Assembly (NCBI GenBank): GCA_016196125.1
Contig: JACPYG010000015.1
Span: 22,966-86,965 of the forward strand
DNA from: Candidatus Staskawiczbacteria bacterium
Lineage (GTDB): Bacteria; Patescibacteriota; Minisyncoccia; Minisyncoccales; Staskawiczbacteraceae
DNA length: 64,000 bases
Direction of reading: 5' to 3'
The notes beneath the pieces were generated by a model. That model saw only the letters and a program-made list of their open reading frames with translations. It ran no database searches and was not told the origin of the DNA. A program made the translations under genes and the position numbers. Positions 34,713-44,263 of the stretch are shown in pieces. The first letter of the stretch is position 1. Each line of letters opens with the position of its first letter.

Positions 34713-36386
34713 CTATTTTAATATTGCTTTAATTCTTCTGATGCCTGAACCTAAAGATTCTTCTTTTATAATTTTAAATGGTCCCCGCCCAGATTCTGGG
34801 CGAGGCTCGCCCACTTTTGAGTGGGCGGCTAACTCATCAGTGCTGTTAACATGGGAGCCTCCGCAGAATTCTTTGCTAAAAACATTCCCCTTTTTATCTT
34901 GTATAAAATATACCGATACCGTATTACCGTATTTTACACCAAATTCCATTTCTGCGCCAATTTTTTGGGCTTCTTCTTTTGGCATTTCTCTTTTTACCAC
35001 CAAAAACCCTTCTTTGATTTTTTCATTTACAATATCTTCAACTTTCTTTTTTTCTTCATCGGTAAGTTTCCTGTCAAAAGAAAAATCAATCCTCAAACGC
35101 TCTGAAGTTATATTGCTACCCCTTTGTTTTATTGTTTTTCCAAAAACTTCCTGCAAAGCGGCTAAAAGCAAATGATGAGCAGTATGCAATTTTATAGTTT
35201 CTGGCTTATCATCGGCCAATCCTCCCTTAAACATACCGGCCGAAGCAGTTTTGGACAATTCTTGATGTTTCTTTAATTCTTTATTAAATTCTTTTTCGTT
35301 AATATTTGGAAAAAATTCCTTAATAATATCATAGGGCAGGCCATAACTTTGGTATAACAGAAAAGTTGATTTTATGTCTGCATTTTTCACTTTCCCAGAT
35401 TCTGCAATACCTCTTTCTAATGTCTCCAGAAACTTCTTTTTTTCGCTATCAAACTCTGTATCTATAATACTCCATCGTAATTTATAATCATCTCCAATTT
35501 TTCTTATTAATTTTTCAAAAAAACTTACTTTACTAATAAATTCATAAGCCACTATTCGTCTAATTAATCTTCTTAATATATAACCTTGTTCCTTGTTTGA
35601 TGGCTTTACCCCATCAGAAATTAAAAATGAAATAGCTCTTGCATGGTCGGCAATGATTCTTTTCTTTCTCTCATCAAATTCTTCGGGAATTAATTTAATG
35701 ATCGGCTCAAACAAATCAGTTTCAAAAACAGTCTCTTTTTTTTGAACTACCATTGCCAATCTTTCCAAACCCATTCCGGTATCAACTCCAGGAGTTTCCA
35801 GTTTAGTTAATTTTTTATTTTTATCGCAAAAAAATTCATTAAAAACTATGTTCCATATTTCAATGCCGGAAACATAAATTTCGGTTGTAGGCCCGCAAGG
35901 CCCTTCTTCGCCTGTCGGTCCCCAAAAGTTATCAATTCCTTCTCTTTTTATTTTAATTTTAAGGTCTATCTCTTTCCAAATTTTTTCTGATTTCTCATCA
36001 GGAGGAACATTTTTGTCTCCCTTAAAAACAGTTACATAATCAATTTTCAATCCCAGTTCTTTTACAATAAATTCATGCGCCAATTTTATGGCTTCTTCCT
36101 TGAAATATCCGCCGAAAGAAAAGTTTCCCAACATTTCAAAAAAGGTCAAATGCCTCTCGTCTCCCACTTCATCAATATCCGATGTTCTTATGCATTTTTG
36201 GCAAGAAACGACATTTTTACCATAGGGAGATTCCTCGCCCAAATAATATGGCTTAAACTGCTGCATTCCGGCAGTAGTGAATAAAACAGATGAATCCGAT
36301 GGCAATAAAGACGAAGAAGGCACTATTTTGTGCCCATTTTTTTTAAAAAATTGTAAAAATTTTTGTCGTAATTCGTCTGATTGCAT
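34713..36386 (-). CDS. alaS: Alanine--tRNA ligase, shortened form
   Basis: FTTAGMQQFK, HLTFFEMLGNFSFG, DTGMGLER, HTAHH, CGGSH, GIRRI. Confidence 0.95.
   Translation of the reverse strand: MQSDELRQKFLQFFKKNGHKIVPSSSLLPSDSSVLFTTAGMQQFKPYYLGEESPYGKNVVSCQKCIRTSDIDEVGDERHLTFFEMLGNFSFGGYFKEEAIKLAHEFIVKELGLKIDYVTVFKGDKNVPPDEKSEKIWKEIDLKIKIKREGIDNFWGPTGEEGPCGPTTEIYVSGIEIWNIVFNEFFCDKNKKLTKLETPGVDTGMGLERLAMVVQKKETVFETDLFEPIIKLIPEEFDERKKRIIADHARAISFLISDGVKPSNKEQGYILRRLIRRIVAYEFISKVSFFEKLIRKIGDDYKLRWSIIDTEFDSEKKKFLETLERGIAESGKVKNADIKSTFLLYQSYGLPYDIIKEFFPNINEKEFNKELKKHQELSKTASAGMFKGGLADDKPETIKLHTAHHLLLAALQEVFGKTIKQRGSNITSERLRIDFSFDRKLTDEEKKKVEDIVNEKIKEGFLVVKREMPKEEAQKIGAEMEFGVKYGNTVSVYFIQDKKGNVFSKEFCGGSHVNSTDELAAHSKVGEPRPESGRGPFKIIKEESLGSGIRRIKAILK
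34784..34830. repeat. Family C double-hairpin insertion in alaS (AAHSKVGEPRPESGR)
   Basis: cccgccc-agattct-gggcg aggct cgccc-acttttgagt-gggcg gct. Confidence 0.8.
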
Positions 36387-36402
36387 TACTACATTTTATT
36401 AT

Positions 36403-36927
36403 TTATGTATACCTGTCGGCTACAACCGATGCGGCAAATGACTGCGGTTTTATTCTTGGCTCAAAACCGTTGCTTCTTATCAAGCCAGTTACTTCTTTTA
36501 CCATTTCTTTTGTTTTGCCCTGCTCGCCCACATCGGCATGAATATATTGGAATTGGTAATTAAAAGTCGGGGTGGCTTTGCCGAATTCTTTTTCTAGTGT
36601 TTCTCTTAAAGACAAAGCCAACTCGCAAGACAAATAAACTTCTTGTAAAATTCTGTTTTTCCAATTAACGAATCTTTTTAAAAAAGAGTCGGGATAATGC
36701 ATTTTCTTTAAAAAGAACCTGCCCCCGGCTCCTGTTCTTAACACAACAATGGCTATTGGAAAAAATGGCTTAGTGGAAGAAGGCGAATCGCATCCCACAA
36801 CAATATCATAAAAAAATTCCGGCTGTTCGTTAATATAGTTATAGATTTCTCTTATAACATCATTAAACTCCAGGTTTCCCATGCTGGGGCTGTAAAAATG
36901 ACCGCTGTTTATGATTTCCTCATTCAT
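36403..36927 (-). CDS. RNase H-like YkuK/DUF458 family protein
   Basis: IVVGCDS, GGRFF, RILQE...S, IHADVG...GKTK, KP.SFAASVVADRYT. Confidence 0.82.
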   Translation of the reverse strand: MNEEIINSGHFYSPSMGNLEFNDVIREIYNYINEQPEFFYDIVVGCDSPSSTKPFFPIAIVVLRTGAGGRFFLKKMHYPDSFLKRFVNWKNRILQEVYLSCELALSLRETLEKEFGKATPTFNYQFQYIHADVGEQGKTKEMVKEVTGLIRSNGFEPRIKPQSFAASVVADRYT

Positions 36928-36928
36928 T

Positions 36929-37687
36929 TTATGCAACAGATTTAACAATTTTTAGAAATTTTTCTGCGTAAAGCGAAGCCCCGCCGACTAAAAGCCCGTT
37001 AGCCCCGGTATTTTTAATATAGAGAGCCGAGTTGTCTGAATCTACGCTGCCGCCATAAAGAACTTTCATATTATCGGCTATTTTTCTATTATACAATTTT
37101 AAAACAACTCTTCGTATAAATAAAATAGAACTCATCGTTTCGTCTTGTGAACAATTATTTCCGGACCCAATTGCCCAAATTGGCTCATAAGCAATAACAA
37201 TATTTTTTACTTCTTTTACGATAATGCCTTTTAAATCTTCTGTAATTTGCCTTTCTAAAACTTCAACTTTTTTGCCTGTCTTTTTTTCCTCATTAGTTTC
37301 ACCTATGCACAAAATCGGTTTTAATTTTTCGTGCAAGCATTCTTTTATTTTTTTATTGATAACGGTGTCTGTTTCGTTTAAATATTTTCTGGACTCTGAA
37401 TGGCCTATTATAACATATTTTACTTTTGAATCACGAAGCTGTGAAGCTGAAACCTCTCCGGTAAACGCGCCTTTTCCCCTTACCTGCCTGCCGGCAGGCA
37501 GGTAAAAAACATTCTGGGCGCCCAAAGTCAATCCTTCCAATAAGTTCAAATAAACAAAAGGCGGGCATATAACAACTTCAACCTTCTTTTCATTTTTTAA
37601 CCCTTTTTTTATTGCTTCAAAAAGAGCTTTGGCTTCTTTTTGATTGGCAGGATTCATTTTCCAGTTGGCAACAATAAGATTTTTCAT
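36929..37687 (-). CDS. tpiA: Triosephosphate isomerase, with palindrome insertion
   Basis: ANWKMN, GAFTGE, IGHSE, AYEPIWAIG, YGGSV, LVGGAS. Confidence 0.96.
   Translation of the reverse strand: MKNLIVANWKMNPANQKEAKALFEAIKKGLKNEKKVEVVICPPFVYLNLLEGLTLGAQNVFYLPAGRQVRGKGAFTGEVSASQLRDSKVKYVIIGHSESRKYLNETDTVINKKIKECLHEKLKPILCIGETNEEKKTGKKVEVLERQITEDLKGIIVKEVKNIVIAYEPIWAIGSGNNCSQDETMSSILFIRRVVLKLYNRKIADNMKVLYGGSVDSDNSALYIKNTGANGLLVGGASLYAEKFLKIVKSVA
37480..37505. repeat. Family A perfect 26-bp palindrome in tpiA (YLPAGRQV)
   Basis: ttacctgcctgccggcaggcaggtaa. Confidence 0.92.
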
Positions 37688-37691
37688 AATT

Positions 37692-38438
37692 TTACAACTC
37701 GGTTAATATTTTAACTCCCTCTTTTGTAACCGCCATTGTGTGCTCAAAATGGGCCGAGAGAGAACCGTCTTTTGTCGCGTATCCATAACCGTCTTGCGCT
37801 TTCTTTAAATGCCAGTCTCCAATTGTTACCATAGGTTCCAAACAAATAACCATGCCTTCTTTTAGAACTTCTCCTTTATGCCTTGTGCCAAAGTTTGGAA
37901 TTCTGGGGTCTTCGTGAAGCTCTTTTCCAATGCCATGCCCGCAAAGATCGCGAACAACCCCAAATCCCTGGTCTTCAATATATCTTTGAATGGTATTTCC
38001 AATATCGCCAATTGTATTGCCCGGCCTTACTTTTTTAATGCCTCTTTTTAAAGCTTTTTTTGTAACCATTATCAACCTTTTAGCTTCAAAAGAAATATTG
38101 CCAACAGGAACTGTAATTGCCATATCGGTGTTGTAGTTTTTATATAAAACACCCAAATCCAATCCGATTATGTCCCCTTCTTTTAATATTCTTTCAGAAG
38201 GAAATCCATGAACTATTTCTTCGTTTACGGAAGCGCACAAAGAATAGGGAAATTTTTCGTATCCTTTAAAAGCAGGGGCGGCTCCGTGTTTTAAAATAAG
38301 GGCCTCTGCGGCCCTGTCTAACTCTATAGTGGTAACACCCGGTTTTACCATTTTTTCTATTTGGCTCAAAACATTAGCAAGGATTCTGCCGCCTTCCCTC
38401 ATTATTTTAATTTCTTCTTCTGATTTTATCTTAGTCAT
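37692..38438 (-). CDS. map: Methionine aminopeptidase
   Basis: SVNEEIVHG, GHGIG, EPM, SAHFEHT. Confidence 0.95.
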   Translation of the reverse strand: MTKIKSEEEIKIMREGGRILANVLSQIEKMVKPGVTTIELDRAAEALILKHGAAPAFKGYEKFPYSLCASVNEEIVHGFPSERILKEGDIIGLDLGVLYKNYNTDMAITVPVGNISFEAKRLIMVTKKALKRGIKKVRPGNTIGDIGNTIQRYIEDQGFGVVRDLCGHGIGKELHEDPRIPNFGTRHKGEVLKEGMVICLEPMVTIGDWHLKKAQDGYGYATKDGSLSAHFEHTMAVTKEGVKILTEL

Positions 38439-39127
38439 TTAAGTTTCTCTAATATCTCTTTGAACACATCCGAAACTGATTGCTCTCCGTTTGCCTTCCT
38501 CACCAAAATACCTTCTTTTTCAATATGGCGAGTTACAGGATAAGTTTGTTCTTTATAAATTATCAAACGATTTTTTATTGTTTCCGGATCGTCTAATTTT
38601 TTTCTCTTTATAAGCATGGAGCCGTCTAATGGACATAATTTTAAACTTTCTGTTTCTTTGGTAAATAAAATTGAATGTCGGATTAGTTCGCAAATTCTTC
38701 TGTGGGAGTTTCTAAAAATTGTCGTCTCTGCGCTAATTTCCAATAAAACAAATTTTATATTTTCTTTGCCATAAAGCTTTGTTAAAAGAGGTATTTCTTT
38801 CTCTGCTTCATAAATAGTTCTTGGCGAGCCGGAAAATATAATGCTTTTTTCATCTTTTGCCAAATCTTTTATTTTTTCTGTCATTAGAAAAACAACAAAG
38901 GGAGGACTGTTTAAGTCTCCCGATTCCCATTTTTTTATTTCATCGGCCACTTTATAATCTGTGCCTTCAATATTAAAAACTTTTTCCGGCTTTTCGTTTC
39001 TAAAACAGAATTCTATAATTTTACTTGATTCAAAATGATAATAGCCCAATTTATCGGCTAAAAGTTCTGCTTGAGTTCCCTTTCCGGCTCCCGGAGGGCC
39101 GAATAAAATAATAATTTTTTTTTCCAT
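38435..39127 (-). CDS. adk: Adenylate kinase
   Basis: GPPGAGKGTQ, GSPR, DDPETIKNRL; between secY and map. Confidence 0.9.
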   Translation of the reverse strand: MEKKIIILFGPPGAGKGTQAELLADKLGYYHFESSKIIEFCFRNEKPEKVFNIEGTDYKVADEIKKWESGDLNSPPFVVFLMTEKIKDLAKDEKSIIFSGSPRTIYEAEKEIPLLTKLYGKENIKFVLLEISAETTIFRNSHRRICELIRHSILFTKETESLKLCPLDGSMLIKRKKLDDPETIKNRLIIYKEQTYPVTRHIEKEGILVRKANGEQSVSDVFKEILEKLK

Positions 39128-39131
39128 ACAA

Positions 39132-40409
39132 TTAATTCGTCTCGTACTCTCTCATTTGGAGTTGAGAATTAATCTGCCGCAATGTGTCTAAAACCACACT
39201 GACAACAATTAAAAGCGACGTGCCGCCTATTAGAAAAGCGAATCCGGTAACTCCAGTGACGCCAGATACAATAGAGGGCAAAATGGCAATCAAGCCCAAA
39301 GAGATGGCGCCAGTGAATAAAACTCTATTTAAAATATGACTTAAAAAATCAGTTGTGGATTTACCCGGCCTTACTCCGGGAATAAACCCTCCCATTTTTT
39401 GCAGGTTTTCTGAAATTGTTTTCGGATCAAATGTAATTGCCGTATAAAAATAAGTAAAGATAATAACTAATAAAAAATATAATATTCCATGCACCCAAAT
39501 GTTGTTGAAAAATGCATTTGCGGCGTTTGCGATATTTCCAATAATTCCCGGGCTTCCTCCTAAAAATCCTGCTATCATGCCAGGAAATAAAAGTATGGAA
39601 AGCGCAAAAATAATAGGAATAACTCCGGCCGGATTAACGTTTAAAGGCAGATAAGTTGAAACTCCTCCGTACATCTTCATGCCCCTCACTCTTTTTGCAT
39701 ATGAAACTGGAATATTCCTGCGCGCTTCTGTAATCAAAACAACCCCGGCAATTATTGCTATAGACAGAATAAAGAACAAAAAATAAGAAGGGATTTTAGA
39801 CGGATCCCAAGCAACAAATGTTTGAAATATATTTGACGGAAGGCTGGCAACAATACCGGCAAAAATCAAAAGAGAAATTCCGTTTCCCATTCCCTGCTCT
39901 GAAATAATTTCGCCCAGCCACATTAAAAACATCGCTCCTGCCGCAATTGTTAAAATTGAGCTAAAAAGCATCAAAGGTTCTAAAGGAGCAATAATTCCCT
40001 GCCTTTGAAACAAAGTTAACATTCCATAACCTTCAAAAACAGCCAAAGGAATTGTTGCCAATCTTGCATACTGGTTAAATTTTTGGCGTCCGGCCTCGCC
40101 TTCTTCTTTATATAATTTTTCCAATGCTGGAAAAATCATTGTTAAAAGCTGGAATATAATTGTGGCTGTAATATAAGGTCCGAGTCCGAGCAATACAATA
40201 GAAAAATTACTCAACGCGCCTCCGGAAAAAAGATTCAAAAGGCCGAAAACCTGATTTTGAGCAAAGAATTTTCTTAATTCATCAAGCCCAATTCCAGGAA
40301 TAGGTATATTGGCCGCTATTCTAAAAATAATAAACAAAAAAATAACAAACAAAAACTTATTCCTAAGTTCCTTATTTTTAAAAAGAAATAATATTTTATC
40401 GTACCACAT
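39132..40409 (-). CDS. secY: Preprotein translocase SecY
   Basis: LGLGPYITATII, GNGISLLI, AGVIPIIFA, GGFIPGVRPG, GGTSLLI. Confidence 0.97.
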   Translation of the reverse strand: MWYDKILFLFKNKELRNKFLFVIFLFIIFRIAANIPIPGIGLDELRKFFAQNQVFGLLNLFSGGALSNFSIVLLGLGPYITATIIFQLLTMIFPALEKLYKEEGEAGRQKFNQYARLATIPLAVFEGYGMLTLFQRQGIIAPLEPLMLFSSILTIAAGAMFLMWLGEIISEQGMGNGISLLIFAGIVASLPSNIFQTFVAWDPSKIPSYFLFFILSIAIIAGVVLITEARRNIPVSYAKRVRGMKMYGGVSTYLPLNVNPAGVIPIIFALSILLFPGMIAGFLGGSPGIIGNIANAANAFFNNIWVHGILYFLLVIIFTYFYTAITFDPKTISENLQKMGGFIPGVRPGKSTTDFLSHILNRVLFTGAISLGLIAILPSIVSGVTGVTGFAFLIGGTSLLIVVSVVLDTLRQINSQLQMREYETN

Positions 40410-40417
40410 AATAGTTT

Positions 40418-40849
40418 TTACTTGATCGTACCTCCGGCTTTTTCAATTGCCTCTTTTGCCGTTTTTGACACTTTGCAGTTTTCAATAATCAACTGCTTTG
40501 ATAACTTTCCCCTGCCCAATATTTTAACTTTCGGCATCTTATTATCTATCATACGAATAATTCCTTTTTTAATCAAATTGCCGGGATTTATAATTTCTCC
40601 ATTTTTTGAAGTTTTTTCTAAAGTATCTATATTCACAATAGCAGAATTATCTTCTAAAACAAAACTCCTATACCCTTTTAATTTCGGGTATCTTTTGATC
40701 AATTCTCTGATAATCGGCACCATTTTTCTGCCAGACCTTGCGCTTTGTCCCTTGTTGCCTCTTCCGGAGTATGTGCCCTTTTTGCCGCCTCTGCCAACTC
40801 TTTTTTTTCTTTTTAATTTATGTTTTGGTTTTAATTCGTGTAATTGCAT
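40418..40849 (-). CDS. rplO: 50S ribosomal protein L15
   Basis: RVGRG, GRGNKGQSARSG, IEKAGG. Confidence 0.95.
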   Translation of the reverse strand: MQLHELKPKHKLKRKKRVGRGGKKGTYSGRGNKGQSARSGRKMVPIIRELIKRYPKLKGYRSFVLEDNSAIVNIDTLEKTSKNGEIINPGNLIKKGIIRMIDNKMPKVKILGRGKLSKQLIIENCKVSKTAKEAIEKAGGTIK

Positions 40850-40863
40850 GATGATATTACGAA

Positions 40864-41472
40864 CTAAGTTCGTTTTAGTTTTTTTAAGGCCTCCATTGTT
40901 GCTCTGGCATTATTTAGCTTATTTTTGGAACTTGAAAGGATCTTTGAAGAAATATTTTTAATGCCGGCCAACTCGCAAATAAACCTTACCGCTCCTCCGG
41001 CAACCAAACCTCTCCCCTTCTTTTGCGGTTTTAACAAAATTCTTGCCGGTCCAAATTTTGCTTCTACTTCATGGGAAATAGTGCCATCTACGATAACAAC
41101 ACTTACGAGTGACTTTTTTGCCTTGTTGGTGGCTTTTTCTATAGCTTGAGAAACATCTTTTCCTTTATCTACTCCTATGCCTATCTTGCCTTTTTTATTG
41201 CCGGCAATAACAACTGCCCTAAATCTTAAACGCTTGCCTCCGCCTGTAACCCTGACAACTCTAGCCAAATCTAAAAGTTTTGATTCAAATTCATCGCTTG
41301 CTTTGTTTTTATTTCCAAAACCACGCCCGGAACCGCGACCTGCGCCATAACCACGGCCGGAATCTCTGCCTTTTTGCATGCTATCGCCAAACGGTTTAAA
41401 GCTGAATTCTTTATTCATAACTTTTGGCGCTGGCGAGGAATTAACATCTTTTTTTTCTATTTTTTCTTCCAT
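40864..41472 (-). CDS. rpsE: 30S ribosomal protein S5 with N-terminal extension
   Basis: RVVRVTGGGKR, GLVAGG, ELAGI. Confidence 0.95.
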   Translation of the reverse strand: MEEKIEKKDVNSSPAPKVMNKEFSFKPFGDSMQKGRDSGRGYGAGRGSGRGFGNKNKASDEFESKLLDLARVVRVTGGGKRLRFRAVVIAGNKKGKIGIGVDKGKDVSQAIEKATNKAKKSLVSVVIVDGTISHEVEAKFGPARILLKPQKKGRGLVAGGAVRFICELAGIKNISSKILSSSKNKLNNARATMEALKKLKRT

Positions 41473-41499
41473 TTTTATAATTTAAAATAATTTAATTTT

Positions 41500-41910
41500 T
41501 TAAAATTTTAATCCTCCTTCTCTGGCTCCATCGGCCAATGCTTTTACTCTGCCATGAAAAACAATTCCCCCTCTGTCAAAAACAATTTTTTCTATATTTT
41601 GAGCTTCCGCCTTTTTAGCAATTAACCTACCCACCATAAATGCAGATAATACTTTGCTGGTCATTTTTTCATCCCGCCCAAATTCATTTGGGCGAGGCTC
41701 GCCCGCCTTTTTAGGCGAGGCGGCTTTTCCAATTTTTATTTCTTTATCAAAAGCAGAAACCAAAACTTTGGCAGTATCATCATTAATTAACTGAGCATAA
41801 ATATGAGATAAAGACCTAAAAACGCAGAGACGTGGCCTGTCTTTTGTGCCATGGCATTTTATTCTTATTTTTTTATGGCGCCTTATGCGTTTTAACTTTT
41901 TTGGTAACAT
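41500..41910 (-). CDS. rplR: 50S ribosomal protein L18, with family C insertion
   Basis: [27 protein letters not shown]. Confidence 0.95.
   Translation of the reverse strand: MLPKKLKRIRRHKKIRIKCHGTKDRPRLCVFRSLSHIYAQLINDDTAKVLVSAFDKEIKIGKAASPKKAGEPRPNEFGRDEKMTSKVLSAFMVGRLIAKKAEAQNIEKIVFDRGGIVFHGRVKALADGAREGGLKF
41673..41725. repeat. Family C double-hairpin insertion in rplR ([17 protein letters not shown])
   Basis: cccgccc-aaattcattt-gggcg aggct cgcccgcct-tttt-aggcgaggcg gct. Confidence 0.8.
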
Positions 41911-41914
41911 GATA

Positions 41915-42469
41915 TTATTTTTTAGCCGAAACTACTTTTTTACCTTCTTTTCTTCTGATTTTTTCTCCTTGATATTTAATACCTTTGCCTTTATATGGCT
42001 CTGCCTTTTTTGCCTTTCTAATTACAGCCGAAACTTGGCCAACGGCCTGCTTATTTATGCCAGAAACAGTAATCACATTTTTTTCTACAGAAAAATTAAT
42101 TCCCTCCGGCTTTTTAATTTTAATCGGATTTATAAAACCAACATTTAGGACTAAATTTTCTCCGTCAACCATAGCTTTATAACCAACTCCCTCTATTTCT
42201 AACTTTTTCTCAAATCCTTTGCTGACCCCACAAACCATATTAAAAATAAGAGCCCTGTATAATCCCCAAAGACTTTTTGCTTTTTTTGATGGATTATCTT
42301 CTCTTTTGAGAGAAACTAAAATCTCGTTATCTTTTAATTCAACTTTAATATCTCTTTGCAGTTCTATTTGCAATTCTCCTTTGGATCCTAAAACTTTGAG
42401 ATTTTCATCCCCAATTTCTATTTTTACACCCTCTGGAATCTGAATTGGTTTTTTGCCTATTCTTGACAT
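41915..42469 (-). CDS. rplF: 50S ribosomal protein L6
   Basis: [23 protein letters not shown]; true start MSRI. Confidence 0.95.
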   Translation of the reverse strand: MSRIGKKPIQIPEGVKIEIGDENLKVLGSKGELQIELQRDIKVELKDNEILVSLKREDNPSKKAKSLWGLYRALIFNMVCGVSKGFEKKLEIEGVGYKAMVDGENLVLNVGFINPIKIKKPEGINFSVEKNVITVSGINKQAVGQVSAVIRKAKKAEPYKGKGIKYQGEKIRRKEGKKVVSAKK

Positions 42470-42493
42470 AAAATTGTATTTATTTTTGGTTAT

Positions 42494-42611
42494 AGCGGAA
42501 ATAAGGATATTTTTCAATTCGGGCTCGGGTCGCGAGAGCTTCCCGCTGTGCGGGAGCTCCCGACATAGGCCGTGGGTTTGGCGGGCGTTGAAAAATATCC
42601 TTATTTCCGCT
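42494..42611. mobile_element. ATATTTTTCAA hairpin element copy A (24-bp IR, 42-bp nested hairpin)
   Basis: agcggaaataaggatatttttcaa...ttgaaaaatatccttatttccgct. Confidence 0.8.
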
Positions 42612-42619
42612 TAATACTA

Positions 42620-43009
42620 CTACCATACTTCGCAAATTATTTCCCCTCCTAATTTTAATTTATTGGCTTTTTTACTTGTCATTAATCCTTTTGAAGTTGA
42701 AATAACCGATATTCCATGACCTCCTTTGACCCGTTTTATTTCTGAAACTTTCGCATAAATTCTTTGGCCAGGTTTGGAAACTCTTCTTAAATCTGATATT
42801 TTAGAAACTCCATTATCATATTTTAGAATAATTTTCATCGTCTTTACTTTACCTTTAACTACTGTTTTTACTTCTCCTATAAAATTTTCCTGCATCAAAA
42901 TTTTAGCAACTTCGTATTTTACTTTTGAAAAAGGAATGGATACTTCTGGCTTGACAACAGCTTTCGCATTCCTTATTTGATTTAACATGTCTGTTATTGG
43001 ATCTGTCAT
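42620..43009 (-). CDS. rpsH: 30S ribosomal protein S8
   Basis: MTDPITDML, SKPGQRIY, STSKG, GGEI; true start MTDP. Confidence 0.95.
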   Translation of the reverse strand: MTDPITDMLNQIRNAKAVVKPEVSIPFSKVKYEVAKILMQENFIGEVKTVVKGKVKTMKIILKYDNGVSKISDLRRVSKPGQRIYAKVSEIKRVKGGHGISVISTSKGLMTSKKANKLKLGGEIICEVW

Positions 43010-43014
43010 TTGTG

Positions 43015-43099
43015 TGAGTATTAAGTATTGAGTATTTTGTATTAGGTATTTGACGTTTCGCATACTCAATACTTCATACTTTATGCTTAATGCTTCATA
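43015..43099. repeat. Inverted heptamer-repeat array H4 (TGAGTAT-type)
   Basis: tgagtat taagtat tgagtat tttgtat taggtat ... catactc aatactt catactt tatgctt aatgctt. Confidence 0.85.
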
Positions 43100-43100
43100 A

Positions 43101-43286
43101 TTACCAGGATGATTTTTTAACTCCTGGGATTTCTCCTTTATTGGCTAATTCTCTAAAACATATTCTGCAAAGGCCAAAAGCTCTCATGAACCCTCTTCTC
43201 CTGCCGCATTTAAAACAACGTCTAATAATTCTTGAAGAATATTTCGGTTTCTTTTTTGCTTTTGCTATTTGTGATGTCTTTGCCAT
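43101..43286 (-). CDS. rpsN: 30S ribosomal protein S14 (zinc-binding type Z)
   Basis: RCFKCGR...LCRICFRE...PGVKKSSW. Confidence 0.95.
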   Translation of the reverse strand: MAKTSQIAKAKKKPKYSSRIIRRCFKCGRRRGFMRAFGLCRICFRELANKGEIPGVKKSSW

Positions 43287-43287
43287 G

Positions 43288-43851
43288 TTATTTATCTTCT
43301 TTAATAGGAAATCCTAATAATTTATATAATTCTAATCCTTCTTCTTTGTTTTTTGCATTTGTAACAATTGTTATTTCTAATCCAAAAATAGTTTTTTCTT
43401 TTTCGGCAAAAATTTCAGGAAAAGAAATGTGTTCGCGAAAACCGATATTTAAATTGCCTCTCTTGTCTATTGCTTTTTGTGAGACACCCTTAAAATCGCG
43501 AGACCTCGGAAAAGACAAATAAACCAATCTCTCTAGAAAATCCCACATTTTGCTTTTTCTCAATGTTACCATTGAAGCAATCTCCAATCCTTCCCTTAAC
43601 TTAAAACCGGCAATTGATTTTTTGGATTTTACTAATTTTGGCTTTTGTCCAGAAATAGAAGCTAAATCTTGCATAATAAGATTCTGTATTTTTTCCCTTT
43701 CTCCTGATGTTTTGGTTACGGCTGTCTTTCCGAAACAAGTATTTATAACCACTTTTAAAATCTTCGGAACGGCCATTGTATTTTTGTAACCAAAAATCTT
43801 TTGCATTTGCGGCACTACTTCTTTATTATATTTTTCTTTTAAACTAAACAT
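43288..43851 (-). CDS. rplE: 50S ribosomal protein L5
   Basis: [22 protein letters not shown]. Confidence 0.95.
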   Translation of the reverse strand: MFSLKEKYNKEVVPQMQKIFGYKNTMAVPKILKVVINTCFGKTAVTKTSGEREKIQNLIMQDLASISGQKPKLVKSKKSIAGFKLREGLEIASMVTLRKSKMWDFLERLVYLSFPRSRDFKGVSQKAIDKRGNLNIGFREHISFPEIFAEKEKTIFGLEITIVTNAKNKEEGLELYKLLGFPIKEDK

Positions 43852-43869
43852 ATTTTATAATCTCTTTTT

Positions 43870-43945
43870 TGCGGAAATAAGGATATTTTTCAATTCGGGC
43901 TGGCCGTGGGTTTGGCGGGCGTTGAAAAATATCCTTATTTCCGCA
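43870..43945. mobile_element. ATATTTTTCAA hairpin element copy B (minimal form)
   Basis: 24-bp IR around ttcgggctggccgtgggtttggcgggcg. Confidence 0.8.
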
Positions 43946-43954
43946 TAGATAACT

Positions 43955-44260
43955 TTAAATTTTCGATTTGCATTTCTTACAAATTCTATTCTTTTCTCCT
44001 TTTTCCATATTATATGCTATTCTTGTTGCTTTTCCGCATTTTGGACAAATAATTTTTATATTGGAAATATTTAAAGGAGAAGGAGAAGAAACAACTTGGC
44101 CTTTTTCACCTTGTTTTTTTGCTTTAACATGTTTTTTCTTTAAATTAATTCCTTCAACCAAAACAGTGCCTTCTCTTAAAAGAGATTTTATTATTTTTCC
44201 TGTTCTGCCTTTGTCTTTTCCGGATATTATTAAAACTTTATCGCCTTTTTTAAATTTCAT
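43955..44260 (-). CDS. rplX: 50S ribosomal protein L24
   Basis: KKGDKV...GKDKG KOW motif, VEGIN. Confidence 0.95.
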   Translation of the reverse strand: MKFKKGDKVLIISGKDKGRTGKIIKSLLREGTVLVEGINLKKKHVKAKKQGEKGQVVSSPSPLNISNIKIICPKCGKATRIAYNMEKGEKNRICKKCKSKI

Positions 44261-44263
44261 TTT

